From Octopus sinensis (Eukaryota): 64,000 bases of DNA. The stretch lies in contig NC_042998.1 of assembly GCF_006345805.1 (NCBI RefSeq), forward strand, positions 25,172,001-25,236,000, written 5' to 3'. This document shows positions 52,514 to 64,000 of this stretch, one piece after another. A program made the position numbers and the translations under genes. The stretch's first letter is position 1. Every line of letters starts with the position of its first letter. Under the pieces are notes generated by a model. That model was not told the DNA's origin. It searched no databases and saw nothing but the letters and a program-made list of their open reading frames with translations.

Positions 52514-55500
52514 CACTAGAAATTTTAAGACATAATACATTAGAAATTTTTTAAAATATTAAATTAAAAATCTTATGAAATATTGCAATAGAAAATTTCA
52601 GAAATGTTAGATTAGAAGATAAAACAAATGTTACACTAGAAATTTTAGGAATATTTCACTAGAATTTTAAGAAATGTTACACTAGAAATTTTGAGAATTA
52701 ACAGACGAGAAATTTTATGAAATGCTAGACTACAAATTTTAATAAATTTTAGACTAAAAATTTTGAGAAATGTTAGACTGGAAATTTTAAGAAATGTTAG
52801 ACTAGAACTTCTGGGAAAAATTAGAGCAGAAGAAATGTTTGACTAGAAATTGAAAGAAATATTAGACTAGGAATTTTATGCAAAGTTGTACTTGAAATTT
52901 TAAGACTAATAATTTGCAAAAATACTAGACTAGAAATTTTGAGAATTGTTACACTGGATATTTTAAGTAATATTAGACTAGAAATTTTAGGAAAATATAG
53001 CACTAGAAATTTAAAGAAATGATGGAGTAGAAATCACAAGAAATGTTCTATTAGAAAGTTTAGGAAACTTTAGACTAGAAATTTTATGATATGTTTCACT
53101 AGAAATTTTGAGAAATAATAAACGAGAAATTTTCAGGAACGTTAGATTAGAAATTTTAATTAATGTTACATTAGAAATTTTAAGAATTGTTAGAGGAGAA
53201 ATTTCAAGAAATGTTTTGTTGTAGCATTTCATAAAATTTCTAATCTAACATTTCTTAAAATTTTAAGTGCATAATTTCGTAAAATTTCCAGTCGATCATT
53301 TCTTAAAATTCCTAGTCTCATATTTATTGAAATTTCTAGTGTAACATTTCTTAAACTTTCTTGTCTAACATTTCTTAAAATTTCTAGTCTAATATTTCCT
53401 AAGCCTTCTAGTCTAACGCCCCTTAAAATTTCCAGTTCACATTCGTTAAAGTTCCTAGTCTAACATTTCTTAAAATTCTTAGTCTTCCATTTCATAAAAA
53501 TTCTAGTGTAAAATATCTCAACATTTCCAGTCTGACATTACTAAACGTTTTGTTTAACATTTCTTTAAGTTTCTAGTTAAACATTTTTTTAACGTTTCTA
53601 GTTTACCATTTCTTAAAATTTCTAGTCTAACATTTCCTTAAAATTTCTAGTTTAACATTTCTGAAAATTGTTAGTCTAATAATTTAAAAAAAATTTAATA
53701 TGACCTTTCATAAAACGTGGATGAGTTTGTGGAAAGGTGCGAAGGGAAGGACTGGGGAATATCTAAGGTGAGCATGGATGAAGAGACAGTGAAGGAGTTG
53801 GAAGAGTGGTTCGAGAGAGGGATACAGAGGAAGGCATATTGCATTGGAGATTTGTTTGGGACTAATAACTAAAGGACAGGTAAGTGATGCTAGCGGATGG
53901 GGCCGTTAGCGTCGCTTTCATAATATAATTTTCATAAATTCATGTATTCATTATTATGCAATTGTGATGTTTTGTGTCCCCAATGTTTGTACTGTCCATT
54001 CTGTGTCGCCCTCTATGGGTAATAAAGAAACACAGTCACCGGCTGACACTCGCTGACGATACATCGAAGAGGCCAGGGAACAAAAGAAAGAAGACATGCA
54101 CCTAATACCAGAGCTGAAGACACCTCCGAAAAGGTGGGGGACCACGTCAAAACGGTAAAGGAGTAGGGGCCGAAACCGGACGTGGTTCCTCCTGATGATG
54201 TCTTGAGCTAACTGGATCCTATAAAGGAGCTGTTGTGGTAGCAGACCACGAAACACGGTTGTAATTCCCCCACTAGAAATTTTAAGACATAATACATTAG
54301 AAATTTTTTAAAATATTAAATTAAAAATCTTATGAAATATTGCAATAGAAAATTTCAGAAATGTTAGATTAGAAGATAAAACAAATGTTACACTAGAAAT
54401 TTTAGGAAATATTTCACTAGAATTTTAAAGAAATGTTACACTAGAAATTTTGAGAATTAACAGACGAGAAATTTTATGAAATGCTAGACTACAAATTTTA
54501 ATAAATTTTAGACTAAAAATTTTGAGAAATGTTAGACTGGAAATTTTAAGAAATGTTAGACTAGAACTTCTGGGAAAAATTAGAGCAGAAGAAATGTTTG
54601 ACTAGAAATTGAAAGAAATATTAGACTAGGAATTTTATGCAAAGTTGTACTTGAAATTTTAAGACTAATAATTTGCAAAAATACTAGACTAGAAATTTTG
54701 AGAATTGTTACACTGGATATTTTAAGTAATATTAGACTAGAAATTTTAGGAAAATATAGCACTAGAAATTTTAAGAAATGATGGAGTAGAAATCACAAGA
54801 AATGTTCTATTAGAAAGTTTAGGAAACTTTAGACTAGAAATTTTATGATATGTTTCACTAGAAATTTTGAGAAATAATAAACGAGAAATTTTCAGGAACG
54901 TTAGATTAGAAATTTTAATTAATGTTACATTAGAAATTTTAAGAATTGTTAGAGGAGAAATTTCAAGAAATGTTTTGTTGTAGCATTTCATAAAATTTCT
55001 AATCTAACATTTCTTAAAATTTTAAGTGCATAATTTCGTAAAATTTCCAGTCGATCATTTCTTAAAATTCCTAGTCTCATATTTATTGAAATTTCTAGTG
55101 TAACATTTCTTAAACTTTCTTGTCTAACATTTCTTAAAATTTCTAGTCTATCATTTCTCAAAATTTCTAGTCTAACATTTCTTAAACTTGCTAATCTAAC
55201 ACTTCTTGAAATTCCTACTTCAAAATTCTTTAAACTTTCTAATCTAAGATTTCTTATAATTTCTTGTGCAACATTTTCAAAAATTTCTATTCCAATATTT
55301 CTGAAAATTTCTAGTGTAATATTTCGTAAAATTTCTGTTGAAACATTTCTTCAAATCTCTAGTGTAACTTTTCTTTAACTTTCTAATCTAATTTTTCTTG
55401 AAATTTCGAGTCTAACTTTTCTATAATTTCCAGTCTAATCCTTTTTAAAATTTCTACTGTTACAATTCTTAAAATTTGTTGTGTGGTATATCGTAAAATG

Positions 55501-56419
55501 TTTTGTATAACATTTCTTAAAATTTTGCTCATCTGGCAAGTAAGTATGTATCTAAATTCAGTATGGCACTCTTTCCTTTAGTCCCCTGTATACTTTCTTC
55601 TTTCTTTCCACTTTTTTCTCGCTCCCCCTCTTTAAATTTTTAGTCTAACAATCCTTGAAATTTCTAGTCTAACATTTCTTGAAAATTCCAGTGTAACATT
55701 TCTTAACATTTCTAGTGTAACATTTCTTAAAATTTCTATTTCAACAGTTTAAAATGTTTCTTAAAATTTTTATGGTAACAATTCTTAAAATTTCACGTCT
55801 AACATTTCTCAAAATTTCTGCTTTGACCCTTCTTAATGTTTCTAGTGCAACATTTCTTAGACTTTCTTGTTTAACATTTCTCACGATTTCTAGTGTAACA
55901 TTTAAAATTCCTAATCTAATATTTAAAAAAATTTCTAGTGCAGCATTTCTTGAAATTTCTTGTCTGATATTTTTTTAAATACCTAGTCTATCCTTCCTTA
56001 AAATTTGTAGCCTAACTTGTTTCTAGTCAAAAATTTCTCAAGAATTCTACTGGAACATTTCTCAAAATTTCTAGTCTAACATTTCTTTAAAATTCTAGTG
56101 TAACATTTGTTACACTATGTGTATATGAGGATGAGATTAGGGTTAGGGTTATATATATAAAATCATTCGAAAAGTACCGATTGTCACTTTTGGATGATTA
56201 TGGTCACTGTTAGTGTATGTTTCCATTCATGTGTGTTAATTACAGCATTAGAGTGATTTCGCTCTTATTTCTAGCAGTGTAGGTGTTTCCTAACACTCTA
56301 GTCACATTTAGTGACATTTGCAATTCTCCTTTTTTGGTGAAACATTCTAATAGGTAGAAAAAGATGAAAAAATACACGCACGACTATTCTCACAGTACAT
56401 AGATATAAATCTCCTGTGT

Positions 56420-57740
56420 TAATAACGTCTACATACGTACACACTCACACAAATATGTATACGTACATGCACATACAAACACAAACATATATACTTACAA
56501 GGTGAGCAAAAGTGTACGTACGCCGCTATGTGTATATGTAAATCCGAAAAATGGACCAAGAACGCAATAGATGACAATAAAACATTCAGATAAATAGACG
56601 ATACAAAGACGGACAGGAAAAAAAAGAACAAGTCATTTGCAGTTTTCTCTTATCAGTCAAGTTTCCAAGCCATCCTTACAGTTTCAGCTGGTTACACTTG
56701 AGACTGTACAAGTCTGGCTGGCCTCAAAAATCATTACATTTTTTGGTAGAAAAGCAAGCGAATGTGTATAACAACAAAGACAAATAAAAAAAAACGGAGA
56801 AAATGTTATACGATTACAAATACAATCAACAAAGAAATAACAACAGGTGTCTTTTGACTGGCCATTTTTTTTTTTTGTTTTTCCTGTCTATCTTTGTCTC
56901 GTCTATCTGTCTGGATGTTTTATTATCGTCTGTTGCATTCTTGTTCCAGTTTTTGGATTTATATATACTCGTACATATAGTGGCGTACATACATATTTGC
57001 TCACCTTGTAAGTAAGTATATATCTAAATTCAGTACAACTCTTTTTTTTAGTCCCCCTCATATTTTATTCATTCTTTCCTCTTTTCCTTTTCTCACTTCC
57101 CCGCTCACATTCATTAATCTTCCTAATTCCCCTCCTTATTTATCTTCCTCGTACCTTTCTCTATGCCTCTTTGATTGTCTTTCTTTCTCGTTCTTCCCCT
57201 AATTCTTCAATCCCTCTATCCCCTACCTCTCTCCTTTCCTTTCACATTACCGGTGTTCGACCAAGCATGATATTTCTTTCTAGGCTCGACTGCCGGCTGC
57301 AAATCATCTCTTATATTCCTGTCTCATGACTTTCATCTCTTGTGTTCATCTGCTATGTTGCTGCCTCAGGGCTTTCACTCCTCACATGCCAGTTCAACTT
57401 GATTCATCTCTATTAGTCAAAAGACACCTCTTGTTAGTTTCGTGTTGCTTGTATTTGTAATTGTGTAACATTTTCTCCTTTTTTATTTGTCTTTGTTGTT
57501 GTACACATTCGCTTACTTTCTACCAAAAAATGTAATGCTCTTAGCTTAGATTTTTGGGGCCAGCCAGATTTGAACAGTCTCAAAAGTAACAAACCAAAAC
57601 TGTAAGGATGATTTGGAAACTTGACGGATAAGAGAAGACTGCAAATAACCCGTCCTTGTTTTCTCCTGTTCGTCTTTGTATTGTCTATCTGTCCGGACGT
57701 TTTATTGTCATCTGTTGCGTTCTTGTTCCAGTTTTTCGCT
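56420..57740. mobile_element. PLE-like repeat with inverted and tandem terminal copies
   Basis: 56490-56630 is inverted against 56878-57015 and 57660-57737; 56640-56860 is inverted against 57415-57645; a related fragment lies at 55527-55635. Confidence 0.65.
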
Positions 57741-57746
57741 TACACA

Positions 57747-57818
<72 letters not shown>

Positions 57819-57959
57819 GCGTGCATAGAGAAAGGTACAAGGTATGTGTGTGTGTGTATGTATGCATTTGTGTATGACAATTTTAAAATCCTGTTAATTA
57901 ACTTATTCTGCAACTATTTTATATTGATTAGTTTCCTATTTAATAATAATAATAATGAT

Positions 57960-58150
57960 AATCATCATCATCATCATTTAGCGTCCGTTTTCCATGCTAG
58001 CATGGGTTGGACGGTTCAGCTGGGGTCTGTGAAGCCGGAAGGCTTCATCAGGCCCAGTCAGAGCTGGCAAACGGCCACGAACGGATGGTACTTTTACGTG
58101 CCACCTGCACGGGGGCCAGGCGGATGATAATAATAATGATAATGATGATA

Positions 58151-58182
<32 letters not shown>

Positions 58183-58230
58183 GATAATAATAATGATAAT
58201 GATAATAATGATAATGATAATAATAATAAC
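57960..58230 (-). mobile_element. SINE-like family D plus (ATA/ATG)n repeat
   Basis: CATCATTTAGCGTCCGTTTTCCATGCTAGCATGGGTTGGACG. Confidence 0.75.
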
Positions 58231-58835
58231 GATAAAAATAGTGTGTGTGAGCATGCACATATATGCATTTAAATACTCTTGTGTGAATAGCTGCACAGCA
58301 CGAGTATCTTGAAAATTTTCATTTGTAAATTAGATGTAAAATCTTGCTAAAACAACATATAGCATTTATTTATTTAGATCACCAATGTTGCCTAGATGTA
58401 ATATAATGAAATTCTGCAGTTCAGTAAAGTATATTTATTTTCAGTATTCTTTGTTTTATATATTTTGTCCTTTTAATTTTTAATTTTACTTTCCTGTCAA
58501 ATTATAAATAGAAAATAGAAGAAAAAGAATATTTGTTTCTACGTGAGAGCATGTCTACTTGTTGTAAGTGCCCTATATATTGCTTCTGCTATATCAGGAA
58601 ATTGTACTGAAATATTAATTTATTAATTTCAATTCTGACAGCCATTTTCAATGATTTGTGTATGCTTTGTACGTGTGTGCTGCATTTCTATGCTTATATC
58701 TATTATGTCTATGCTCACACACACAAACAGACGTACACAGAGAAAGATACACACACACAAACACACACACGCACACACACACATACACACACACACATAC
58801 ACACACACACAAACACACACACATAAATATATATA

Positions 58836-58984
58836 TATTAAAAGAAATGAGGTACTCAGAAATCTGGGTGGTTTTATATTTACAGATATTTATTAGTATG
58901 TTACATGCTTCTATATATCATATATCATATATCATATATTAGCGCTTTCAATTTGAAAACTCCACTAGAGTGGACGAAAGCGCT

Positions 58985-59026
<42 letters not shown>

Positions 59027-59330
59027 TTATAAAAACATGTGACATATTAATAAATATATGTAAATATAGACCCCTCTGGCACCTGTGCAGGTGGCACGTA
59101 AAAAGCACCCACTACACTCGCGGAGTGGTTGGCGTTAGGAAGGGCATCCAGCTGTAGAAACACTGCCAGATCAGACTGGAGCCCGGTCAAACCGTCCAAC
59201 CCGTGCTAGCGCGGAAAACGGACGTTAAACGATGATGATGATTAAACGATGATGATAAAACCATCCAGATTTCTGAGTACCTCATTTCTTCTAATATATA
59301 ATACCTGTACATCATCTCCAAACCTTCTAA
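58836..59330 (+). mobile_element. Fold-back PLE-like repeat with HHR-like motif (58953-58985), interrupted by family D (59071-59254)
   Basis: Arms AGAAATGAGGTACTCAGAAATCTGG / CCAGATTTCTGAGTACCTCATTTCT; TTGAAAA-c tccac taga gtgga c-GAAA-gcgc-TA. Confidence 0.6.
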
Positions 59331-59339
59331 TATCTATAT

Positions 59340-59415
<76 letters not shown>

Positions 59416-59423
59416 TATATATA

Positions 59424-59631
59424 CTTTATTTAAAGCAGCAGAAAATTCAACAAAACCTGTTACTCTGATATCGGTTCTATTCTAGCAAAAACTGTCCGAT
59501 GAACGGCAACGGGAAACTCAGAGTAACAGGTTTTGTTGAATTTTCTGCTGCTTTAAATAAAGCATATTACTCTACCACTGGTATTTGAGTACTCTTTTTT
59601 CCACCTTGTTTCACATTTATGTGTTTACTCC

Positions 59632-59632
<1 letters not shown>
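59424..59632 (+). mobile_element. Fold-back PLE-like repeat in (TA)n
   Basis: 45-bp perfect inverted arms 59424-59468 / 59518-59562. Confidence 0.8.
59492..59529 (+). ncRNA. Minimal HHR motif, variant core
   Basis: ctgt-CCGATGA-a cg gcaa cg g-GAAA-ctc a gag-TA-acag. Confidence 0.65.
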
Positions 59633-59668
<36 letters not shown>

Positions 59669-59739
59669 CCATACAAGATACTAATGACCAGTTAACAGAA
59701 CAAAATAGGTATGAGCTTTAGAAAAAAGTGTTAGGCAAC

Positions 59740-60050
59740 TAAAGATCAATCTTAGTCATTTTGTCATTCTTTCCACAGAAAGTGTTCTGCTGAACTCTGT
59801 TAGCTTCAGACCACTTTTTGCCCTTTCACCTGACTTGGATCTCACAATATCTTCATCCAAATTTTGTTGGGCTTCCAGAAATAAGGAAATCTTTCTACAG
59901 TTGTAGCTTTTTCCTTTGAGCTTGCCATACTTTGGAACTCTCTTCCAGCTCATTGTTTTCCTTCTGAACTCTTCCAAGTCTGAAGTAAATTCATTCCTTT
60001 CGTCTTAATTTCTCCTTCTTCATAATTCCTTACTCTAAGTGGCTTCTCAA
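59740..60050 (+). mobile_element. Decayed 3' end of a CR1/Jockey-group LINE
   Basis: Residual ILWNSLPAHCFPSE motif at ~59927-59970. Confidence 0.5.
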
Positions 60051-60134
60051 TTTATTTGGGGCTTATAAAATGATACATATACATACATACATACATACAT
60101 ACATACATACATACATACATACATACATACATAC

Positions 60135-60175
<41 letters not shown>

Positions 60176-60334
60176 AGGTGTAGTAGTGTGGTATGAAGCT
60201 TGCTTCCCACGCATGCATCGGTCTATTCGCTGTGTTGATTTTTGACAAGACGGACGAAAGTTTTTAGGCTGATTGGCAGCAGTTTGTCAGTGAGTGTTTT
60301 ACCAGTGGAAAGGAATGCATTCGGACCTTAGCTA

Positions 60335-61335
60335 GTATGAACTATCCTCAGCGGAGGAGGAGCTCGTTAAGGCAGTAAATAGAATGGGTGAGCATTTGTA
60401 ACTAGTAAAGAGTTTTGCTGAGGCTGCAGAGGTGAAGAAAAGGAAGATGGACCTAGCTGGACTGAAGGAGCTGTGTAAGATGACACTGAAGGTGGGCCGT
60501 GACATAAAGTTATTACACCCGAAAAGGGTCATGGAAAATATGGAAAAGAAGACCATTACCAACAAGGTGTACTCAGTGGAGAGTAGGAACGTGGAGCAGA
60601 TGGAGATTGAAAAAGTAGAAAAAGCAGTGAAGGGGCTTTTGAAGGAAGTGACGTACATAGCGAAGGGAAATGAATATGGGATGGTACTTTTCCAGTTTAG
60701 GAAAGTGGAGGAGGCAAAGAGGCTGGCGAGTGCAACTGTAAAAACGGAGGAAGTAGTACTTCTACCCACGTACCTTGGAAGAAAGACTTCTAAGGTGAGT
60801 ATAGTAGGAAATCCACCCGATATAGAAGTGGATTAGGCTGTGACAGCGTCCTAGTTGGTAGTGAGGAGGAGGTGGCTGTCCTCCAAGACATAGAGACGGA
60901 GGAAGGAGGATATAGAGGCAAAACATTGGAAATCATCATACAAGCGGAGGCAAAGCAGCTGGAAAACTTGGTGGAGGCAGTGACGTTGGGAGAAATAGTA
61001 TTGAGAGTAAGGGTAGAGGGCAGAGTTCCGTGATGCTTTAAATGTGGCTCACTACCCTCTACAGAGGAAAACGACAGAAGAAGCAGTGCTGGAGATGGAG
61101 GAAAAAAAGGAAGAAGTACAGATAGATGAAAGCAACAAGGAGGAGGAATGGACAGTGACAGAGAATAAAAGGAGAAAGAAAAGGAAGAACAGTCAGTGTG
61201 ATGTGGGACCCAAGATCAACTCCATCCCACCCAAGACCACTCAGTGATGGAGAAAACAGTAAATGAAAGACTAGATCAAAGACTAAAGAAGACTCAGGAC
61301 TCAGAGGTGGCGAGTGGTGTTACTCAGTGTGGGTT
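60335..61335 (+). pseudogene. L1/Tx1-like LINE ORF1 pseudogene
   Basis: Purine-rich ORF 60432-60836 (..VLFQFRKVEEAKRL..LLPTYLGRKTSKVSIVGNPPDI), then LRVRVEGRVP*CFKCGS zinc-knuckle start and WTVTENKRRKK; stops and frameshifts. Confidence 0.65.
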
Positions 61336-61364
61336 GAGTATATATATATATATTCTCTTTTACT

Positions 61365-61506
61365 CTCTCTTTTACTCTTTTACTTGTTTCAGTCATTTGA
61401 CTGCGGCCATGCTGGAGCACCGCCTTTAGTTGTGCAAATTCAGTGGGACTGAACCCGGAACGATGTGGTTGGTTAGCCAGCTACTTACCACACAGCCACT
61501 CCTGCG

Positions 61507-61555
<49 letters not shown>

Positions 61556-61785
61556 AGAGTGGGAGAGATGTGTGTGTGTTTGTGTATCTATGTTTGTCCC
61601 CCCTCCCACCATTGCTTGACAACCGATGCTGGTGTGTTTACATCCACGTACTTTAGCAGTCTGGCAAAAATAGACGGATAGAATAAGTACTAGACTTACA
61701 AAGAATAAGTCCTGGGGTTGATTTGCTCGATTAAAGGTGGTGCTCCAGTATGGCCACAGTCAAATGACTGGAACAAATAAATGAA
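61365..61785. mobile_element. Two oppositely oriented partial SINE family C copies
   Basis: Internally deleted minus copy 61365-61510; plus-strand 3' half 61570-61785. Confidence 0.75.
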
Positions 61786-62488
61786 TATATAATAAAGTGA
61801 GTAACAAATAGGTACAGGTCTCAATTCATTATGTCCGTTTCCAGTAACTCCTTTAATTGATTAACGAGAACTCACCTTTTGTTATGTATGTGTATGTGTG
61901 TGTGTGTGTAGGTATGTAATGAATTAACACCTGTACATCTTTGTTACTCATATTGTATTCATCTCTCCTGGAATCTATGCTTCAAATATATCATAGACAA
62001 TATTTTTAATATAAAGTAGATGTCTGAGTAGCTAAGAGTGGATTTCTTCACTCAGCTGGTCTTATTATCTGCATACACTGCAAGAACATCATGTGACCAG
62101 CACTTATACACCAAATATGATATTCACTTAATATTATTGAATATGCCTGTTATTCAGACCTAACGAGATATCTCAATTTAAGTACCTAATTCAACTGAAT
62201 CTTAATTGTAAGTATATATATGTGTGTATATATATATGTATATAATATTTGGCATGCAGTTCGACAAATTATATTCTTGACAGACTCTACTGATGATCTG
62301 CGAATTAATTGTGTAAGTAAAATTGCATAATTTATTAACAGTGAAACAATTGTATAGGGTTAATCTATATTTTTGCTATTTTTCATTTGTCCTGCCCGCT
62401 TACGTTCATGGTGTGCTGAATTTTTTCTTGAGAACAACTTTTAGTGGCTAGCGTAAGGGAGTTCGCTTTTAGTGGATTCCCTCTTATA

Positions 62489-62547
<59 letters not shown>

Positions 62548-62554
<7 letters not shown>

Positions 62555-63045
62555 TAAATTAGAGATAAAACCACTATTAGGCAAATCATACAATGAAAAA
62601 CTTAAGCCAATACATAAGATTAATTAATTTATATTATTTAAATATATAACAAAATTATTAAAAAAATATAATTAATATAACACTACGATCGTTTCATGGC
62701 TGTTAATTCTTCAAATTTTCGAGTTACAATTGATTAAACCTCGCTTAGTTAAATATTTAAACCACCTGATGAATGACTGTAACTCGAAAATTTAAAGAAA
62801 TTAACAGCCATGAAACGATCGTAGTGTTATATTAATTATATTTTTTAAAATAATTTTGTTATATATTTAAATAATATAAGTTAATTAATTTTATGTATTG
62901 GCTTATGTTTTTCATTGTATGATTTGTCTAATAGTGGTTTTATCTCTAATTTAATATAATATAATATTTTACTATAAAATTGGATTCAATCCTAAATCTG
63001 ATTTTCCACTGTAAGTTTGGTTTTATTCCCTAATATTTATTATTA
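62548..63045 (+). mobile_element. Fold-back PLE-like terminal repeat with ~180-bp inverted arms
   Basis: Arms ~62548-62728 / 62778-62960; the right arm and its extension match 27600-27765; starts at (TA)n. Confidence 0.85.
62763..62826 (+). ncRNA. Type I HHR motif with canonical core
   Basis: cac-CTGATGA-atgactgt...acagccat-GAAA-cgatcg-TA-gtg; palindromic ACGATCGT stem III; predicted cut after 62823. Confidence 0.75.
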
Positions 63046-64000
63046 TAAAGGGAGCCGCGAAGACCCGCTTAACTACCGACCGGTTTCCCTTACATCAATT
63101 ATCAGCAAGATGTTCGAAACCATCCTTAAGAAAAGTATGATGCTCCACCTCCTAAACACGGCCTCTATCTCTGATTCCCAACACGGCTTCGTGCCGAAGA
63201 GATCATGCTTGACCAACTTACTAGTAATGGAAGAATTGGTGACGCGCATCCTCGATGATAGTGATGCTGTTGACATCGTTTTACTGGACTTTGCCAAAGC
63301 TTTTGACTCGGTAAACCACCGCCTATTACTTGTCAGCTTCAAGCATATAGTTTCCATCCGGATATTGTACGATGGGTTGGTGCCTTCCTCTCAGATCGCT
63401 CCTTCCAAGTCCAAGTTAATGGTTCGCGGTCCGACGTCTCCAGTGCGAGCAGTGGCGTGCCTCAAGGTTCAGTGCTTGGGCCCTTGTTGTTCTTAGTCTT
63501 CATAAATGACTTGCCCGACGACCTCACGCAACACACCCTTCTATTTGCCGACGATATCAAACTGGTCGCTCCTCGCGGTAATATAGAGGATCTTCGTCGA
63601 TGCCTCCACCAAATTTGGAAGTGGTCTAACGATTGGGACCTGTGTCTGAACGTGTCAAAGTGCTGTCATCTGCCTGTCGGCTCTACTCCTGCAACTCAAC
63701 TTGATTTCGAGCCGGGTCGTCTGCTGCTGGAGAGGACCGATCAGGTAAAGGACCTAGTGGATTCCTCCTTTTCGCCTTCGGCCCAGTGCGTCCATGCTGC
63801 CAACAAAGCACGCGGAATTCTGTTCTTGATTCGACGGTCATTCGGAATGCTCACAGCAGCCATATTCCTACCACTCTATGTCACGCTGGTGAGACCCATA
63901 TTGGAGTATGGGATTCAAGCCTCTTCTCCTTATCTCCTCAAAGACATACAGCATCTCGAAAGAGTCCAGAAGCTGGCTACCCGCATGGTTCATGGTTTCA
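63044..64000 (+). pseudogene. CR1-group LINE reverse transcriptase, 5'-truncated, runs off the window
   Basis: KGSREDPLNYRPVSLTS, SQHGF..RSCLTNL, LDFAKAFDSVNH, SGVPQGSVLGPLLFLVFINDL, LFADDIKL, LYVTLVRPILEY; frameshift near 63335. Confidence 0.93.

Larger units (their letters stand above)
49680..56112. repeat. 24-bp satellite array (consensus TAGTCTAACATTTCTTAAAATTTC) with inversions and insertions
   Basis: Long run of diverged 24-nt units (ORFs show an 8-aa LTFLKISS period); reversed blocks at ~51367-51490, 52514-53215 and 54271-54975. Confidence 0.93.

Noticed and set aside
49680-56112. CRISPR array or leucine-rich-repeat gene
   Set aside because: Contiguous diverged 24-mers with no unique spacers or cas genes; frames have frequent stops and strand flips.
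56137-56150. TTAGGGTTAGGGTT telomere-like motif next to the satellite
   Set aside because: Only about two units; too short to call an interstitial telomere.

Overview
AT-rich, repeat-saturated eukaryotic DNA. The SINE families and extreme (TA)/(CA)/(ATC) microsatellite load point to an octopus or other cephalopod (inference). No intact host gene is visible; one candidate pair of spliced coding exons lies near 43.0-43.3 kb. The window is a nested graveyard of four SINE families, LINE fragments (RTE, CR1-like, L1/Tx1-like, HERO-like), Penelope-like elements (PLEs, GIY-YIG), mariner and maT-like transposase pseudogenes, Helitrons, a hAT MITE and a ~6.4-kb 24-bp satellite with inversions. The most interesting signal is about a dozen minimal type I hammerhead-ribozyme (HHR) motifs from several distinct short repeat families. 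One sits downstream of a PLE ORF, most lie in or beside (TA)n tracts, several are embedded in fold-back structures, and several have recurrent non-canonical cores (CCGANGA, CUGUNGAA, UUGAAAA, extra A after A9). All calls are by eye; most boundaries are approximate (about 10-30 bp).
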